Shown piece by piece: positions 35,301 through 40,321 of a stretch of 40,321 nucleotides of DNA. Where the stretch lies: the NCBI RefSeq assembly GCF_004010195.1, contig NC_057718.1, forward strand, positions 4,404,136-4,444,456, read 5' to 3'. Position 1 is the stretch's first letter; each line of letters begins with the position of its first letter. Made by a program: the position numbers and the translations under genes. The DNA comes from Chiloscyllium plagiosum (taxonomy: Eukaryota). Under the pieces are notes generated by a model, which did no database searches, was not told the DNA's origin, and saw nothing but the letters and a program-made list of their open reading frames with translations.

Positions 35301-37150
35301 AATTAGCCTTCCTCCAATTTAGAACTTCAACTTTTAGATCTGATCTATCCTTTTCCATCACTATTTTAAAACGAATTGAATTATGGTCGCTGGCCCCAAA
35401 NNNNNNNNNNNNNNNNNNNNNNNNNNNNNNNNNNNNNNNNNNNNNNNNNNNNNNNNNNNNNNNNNNNNNNNNNNNNNNNNNNNNNNNNNNNNNNNNNNNN
35501 NNNNNNNNNNNNNNNNNNNNNNNNNNNNNNNNNNNNNNNNNNNNNNNNNNNNNNNNNNNNNNNNNNNNNNNNNNNNNNNNNNNNNNNNNNNNNNNNNNNN
35601 NNNNNNNNNNNNNNNNNNNNNNNNNNNNNNNNNNNNNNNNNNNNNNNNNNNNNNNNNNNNNNNNNNNNNNNNNNNNNNNNNNNNNNNNNNNNNNNNNNNN
35701 NNNNNNNNNNNNNNNNNNNNNNNNNNNNNNNNNNNNNNNNNNNNNNNNNNNNNNNNNNNNNNNNNNNNNNNNNNNNNNNNNNNNNNNNNNNNNNNNNNNN
35801 NNNNNNNNNNNNNNNNNNNNNNNNNNNNNNNNNNNNNNNNNNNNNNNNNNNNNNNNNNNNNNNNNNNNNNNNNNNNNNNNNNNNNTGCAGTTTAATTTAT
35901 CAGTCCTACTTTCTTCTCTGCTTTGTCCCTGCCTGCCCTGACTGTTTGACTTGCCTTTGCTCTCAACTGTACCAATCTCAGATTGAAATCTTTCCTCACT
36001 ATCTCCCTGGATCCCACCCCAACCACCTTACTAGTTTAAATCCTCCCGAGCAGCACTAGAAAATCTCCCTGCCAGTATATTAGTCCCCTTCCAATTGAGG
36101 TGCAATCCGTCCTTCTTGTACAGGTCATTTCTACCCCAAAACAGCTTCCAATGATCCAAAAATGTGAATCCTTCTCCCATACACCAGCTCCTCAACCATG
36201 CATTCGTCTGCTCTATCCTCCTATTCCTACCCTCACTAGCTCATAGCACCGGGAGTAATCCAGATATTACTACCCTCGAGGACCTCCTTTTTAAATTCCT
36301 GCCTAACTCTCTGTAATCTCCCTTCAGAATCTCAATCTTTTCCCTTCCTGAGTCATTGGTTCCAATATGTACAATGACCTCCTGCTGGTCCGTCTCCCCC
36401 TTGAGAATATTCTGTACCCTCTCTGAGACATCCTTGATTCTGGCACCAGAAAAGCAACACACCATTCTGATTTTTAGCTGCTGGCCACAGAAACATCTGT
36501 CTGTACCTCGGGCTAGAGAGTCCCCTAACACAATCAATCGCTTGGAACCCGACATACCTCTCATTACACTCAAGCCAATCTCAATAGCAGAAGCTTGGCT
36601 GTTTGTGCTACATACCCCTGAGTGTCCATCACCCCCTACATTTTCCAAAACAGCATACTTGTTTGAAACTTGGACTATGATCTGGCATTGTGTGACTTCT
36701 GACCAAGTCTGTTGTGTGACACCATATCGTATGCTTTCTGGAAGTTGATGTTTACCACATCAACAGAGTTGTACTGACCAATCCTCTTGGTTATCTCATC
36801 AAAACATTCCAGTAATTTCGACAAACATGATTTTTCTTCCTTAAGAAATCCCTGTTGACTCTCCTTAGTTAATTCACATTTGCCTAGGTGACTATTAATT
36901 TTGTCCTGAATTATTATTTCTAGAGTTTTCTCCACTTAAGCTGACTAGCCTGTAGTTGCTGGCCTATCTTTACTCCTCTCTTGAATGAGGGTGTAATGTT
37001 TACAATTCTCCAGTTCTCTGACAACACTCATGAAGCTAAGGAAGACGGAAGGTTATTGCGAGCATCTCTGTGATTTCTACTCAATCAATATCTTTTGACA
37101 CATCCCATCTGGTCCCAGTGCCTTATCAGCTTTCAGGACAGCCTTTCTGA
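32400..37150 (-). mobile_element. Old CR1 LINE split into two parts (about 32400-32997 and 36704-37150) by nested insertions
   Basis: RT remnant ESQQGFLKEEKSCLSKLLECFDEITK...VDVVNINFQKAYDMVSHNRL continues across the duplicated 14-mer caagtctgttgtgt (32984-32997 and 36704-36717). Confidence 0.7.
33113..36668 (-). mobile_element. Younger CR1 LINE retaining part of ORF1 (SGNH esterase) and a disrupted ORF2
   Basis: ORF1 LIVLGDS...GARI...VIVHIGTND (36241-36648); ORF2 KSPGPD, PGNYRPVSL, QHGFVRGK.CLTNL, DFSKAFDK, SGVPQG..LGPLLF; frameshifts and the active-site DD region deleted; 3' end at about 33113. Confidence 0.92.
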
Positions 37151-37389
37151 TATCTCCTTCTGATTAATTTTAACCCCTTTGGTGACTGAGTTTCCTTCTC
37201 ATCACCATGGCCCAGGTAACATCATAAGTATGGACAGATGCAAGATTATTTCCTTCAGGTAAGGATGGCAGTTTCTTTCTCTGGTCTGGACTATATGTGA
37301 CTCCAGACCCATAGCAATGTGGTTGACTCTTAACTGCCTGTAAGGTTGAGTGAAATAGGAGTTGATGGGAAGGGTGAGGGCCGTAACAA

Positions 37390-39070
37390 ATTAAATTGAA
37401 TGCATGAAGCATTAGAAATAAGATGGATGAGCTTGAGGCTCTTTTGGAAATTGGCAGATAGGATATTGTGGGGATAACTGAGACGTGGCTTCAAGTGGAC
37501 AGGGCCTGGGAAATGAATATTCAAGGCTACACTTGCTATCGTAAGGACAGATTGACGGGCAGAGGGGGTGGGGTGGCCATGTTGGTAAGGGATGATATTC
37601 AGTCCCTTGCACGGGGGGACCTAGAATCAGGGGATGTAGAGTCAGTGTGGATAGAGCTGAGAAATTCTAAGGGTAAAAAGACCCTCATGGGAGTTATCTA
37701 CAGGCCCCCAACAGTAGTCTGGATGTCGGATGTAAGTTGAATCAGGAGCTGAAATNNNNNNNNNNNNNNNNNNNNNNNNNNNNNNNNNNNNNNNNNNNNN
37801 NNNNNNNNNNNNNNNNNNNNNNNNNNNNNNNNNNNNNNNNNNNNNNNNNNNNNNNNNNNNNNNNNNNNNNNNNNNNNNNNNNNNNNNNNNNNNNNNNNNN
37901 NNNNNNNNNNNNNNNNNNNNNNNNNNNNNNNNNNNNNNNNNNNNNNNNNNNNNNNNNNNNNNNNNNNNNNNNNNNNNNNNNNNNNNNNNNNNNNNNNNNN
38001 NNNNNNNNNNNNNNNNNNNNNNNNNNNNNNNNNNNNNNNNNNNNNNNNNNNNNNNNNNNNNNNNNNNNNNNNNNNNNNNNNNNNNNNNNNNNNNNNNNNN
38101 NNNNNNNNNNNNNNNNNNNNNNNNNNNNNNNNNNNNNNNNNNNNNNNNNNNNNNNNCCTGATGGTTCCAAACTCGATCCCTCTACCAATAAAAGCTAGCA
38201 CACTGTATGTCTCCTTAACAACCCTATCAACCTGGGTTGAAAAGTGTGGTGTCGGAAAAGCACAGCAGGCCAGCCAGCATCCGAGGAGCAGGAGAATCGA
38301 TGTTTCGGGCATAAGCCCTTCATCAGAACAGGAAGGCAGATTACTACCTAAATGGAATCACTTTAGGTAAAGGGGCAGTACAGAGAGATCTGGATGTTCT
38401 TGTACACCAGTCAATGAAGGTAAGCATGCAGGTACAGCAGGTAGTGAAGAAGGCTAATAGCATGCTGGCCTTCATAACAAGAGGGATTGAACATAGAAGC
38501 AAAGAGGTTCTTCTGCAGCTGTACAGGGCCCTGATGAGACCACACCGGGAGTATTGTATGCAGTTCTGGTCTCCAAATTTGAGGAAAGACATTCTGGCTA
38601 TTGAGGGAGTGCAGCTTAGGTTCACAAGGTCAATTCCTGGAATGGCAGGACTACCTTATTCTGAAAGACTGGAGCGACTGGGCTTGTATACCCTTGCGTT
38701 TAAAAGACTGATTGAGACATATAAGATTATTAAAGGATTGGTCACTCTGGAGGCAGGAAACATGTTTCTGCTGATGGGTGAGTGCCGAACCAGAGGACAC
38801 AGCTTAAAAATACGGGGTAGATCATTTAGGATAGAGATGAGGAGAAACCTTTTCATCCAGAGAGTGGTGGCTGTGTGGAATGCTCTGCCCCAGAGGGCAG
38901 TGGAGGCCCAGTCTTGGATTCATTTAAGAAAGAGTTGGATAGAGCTCTCAAGGATAGTGGAATCAATGGTTATGGAGATAAGGCAGGAACAGGATACAGC
39001 CATGATCATACTGAATGGTGGTGCAGGCTAGAAGGGCAGAATGGCCTACTCCTGCACCTATTGTCTATTG
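37390..39070 (+). mobile_element. CR1 LINE ORF2 pieces (endonuclease 37390-37755; 3' part about 38335-39070) across an N gap
   Basis: GITETWL...QGYTCYRKDR..GRGGGVA...ESVWIEL...GVIYRPP; after the gap KKANSMLAFI.RGIE...LYRALMRPH.EYC.QFWSP. May be more than one copy; a minus-strand CR1 scrap and a Penelope-type half element lie at 38157-38330. Confidence 0.85.
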
Positions 39071-39439
39071 GCTATTGTAATTAGGGATAGGCCTGGTCAG
39101 CAACACCCTCATTCCATGAATGAATAAAGGAAAAAAAAGATGTAATACCTCAATTGTGCCCTCTGCCTCCATGTGTTAATCTCATTTTTAGTCCTTAATC
39201 AGCCCCACTCACCTTACAATGCCCTTTTACTTATTGCCTATAGATGGCTTTGGAATTTCTTTTCATATTAACTGCCAGTCTTTTTCCATCCTCCCTCTGC
39301 TTCTCTTATTTGCTCACTCATCACTTCTCTGCACTTTGTTATATTCAGCTTGGTTCTTAATTATATTCCACACATGACATTGTGAAACACTTTTTCTTCT
39401 TTATCACATCTACTTCTTTTCTCATCCGGGGAGTTAGCA

Positions 39440-40321
39440 TCATAGAGTCATAGAGAGGTACAGCATGGAAACAGACCCTTCGGTCCAACCCATCCATGCC
39501 GACCAGATTTCCCAACCCAATCTAGTCCCACCTGCCAGCACCCTGCCCATATCCCTCCAAACCCTTCCTATTCATATACCCATCCAAATGCCTCTTAAAT
39601 GTTGCAATTGTACCAGCCTCCACCACATCCTCTGGCAGCTCAATCCACACACATACCACCCACTGTGTGAAAACTTTGCCTCTTAGGTCTCTTATATATC
39701 TTTCACCTCTCACCTGAAACCTATGCCCTCTAGTTCTGGATTCCCCAACCCCAGGGAAAAGACTTTGTCTATTTATCCTATCCATGCCCCTCATAATTTT
39801 GTAAACTTCTATAAGGTCACCTCTCAGCCTCCGACGCTCCAGGGAAAACAGCCCCAGCCTGTTCAGATTCTCCCTGTAGCTCAGATCCTCTAAACACTTG
39901 CAACATCCTTGTAAATCTTTTCTGAACCCTTTCAAGTTTCACAACATCCTACCAAATAGGAAATAGACCAGAAATGCAAGCAATATTCCAATAGTGGACT
40001 AACCAATGTCCTGTACAGTTGCAACATGGCCTCCCAACTCCTGCACTCAATACTCTGACCATTAAAGGAAAGCATACCAAACGCCTTCTTCACTATCCTA
40101 TCGAACTGCGACTCCACTTTCAAGGAGCTATGAACCTGCCCTCCAAGGTCTCTTTGTTCAGCAACACTCCCTAGGACCTTACCATTAAGTGTATAAGTCC
40201 TGCTAAGATTTGCTTTCCCAAAATGCAGCACCTCGCATTTATCTGAATTAAACTCCATCTGCCACTTCTCAGCCCATTGGCCCATCTGGTCCAGATCCTG
40301 TTGTAATCTGAGGTAACCCTC
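39440..40321 (-). mobile_element. CR1 LINE 3' part, running off the window; same subfamily as 33113-36668
   Basis: WAEKWQMEFN..KCEVLHFG and LERRRLRGDLIEVYKIM; the 3' end has a catagagtcatagag repeat; visibly near-identical to 33113-34010. Confidence 0.92.

Noticed and set aside
30971..40321. Further gulo exons (expected next peptide like LD.HL..SEYFRF.WFPH)
   Set aside because: Not found in called bases, and the two gaps here are flanked by LINE sequence; these exons probably lie beyond the window.
1..40321. CRISPR arrays, operons or other prokaryotic systems
   Set aside because: The sequence is intron-rich vertebrate DNA; the recurring short motifs are dispersed transposable-element copies, not regularly spaced repeat-spacer arrays.

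Overview
Vertebrate genomic DNA, almost certainly from a cartilaginous fish (shark-type HE1/V-SINEs, CR1 LINEs and Penelope-derived palindromic repeats; the species is inferred, not shown). It has four N gaps (10236-10653, 13720-14219, 35401-35885, 37756-38156). The one clear host gene is gulo (L-gulonolactone oxidase, the last step of vitamin C synthesis) on the + strand. Five in-frame GT-AG coding exons (19491-19592, 20880-21005, 21754-21848, 29165-29255, 30785-30970) splice into 200 uninterrupted codons that include the FAD-linking His motif GHSPS. I could not locate the ATG exon, and the 3' exons appear to lie beyond the window. A CpG-rich, motif-dense promoter-like segment at about 7.8-8.3 kb has candidate splice donors on both strands, and there is a candidate minus-strand exon at 3536-3658. 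Most remaining sequence is transposable-element debris: CR1 (one copy retaining ORF1 esterase and ORF2), L2/CR1-like, Rex1-like, Tx1-like, SINEs, a probable LTR and a Tigger/MER44-like MITE. The most notable non-gene signals are about nine Penelope-type elements carrying minimal hammerhead-ribozyme cores (several as long palindromes next to gulo exons) and two nested insertions with readable target-site duplications. I see no firm evidence of a wholly new biological system.
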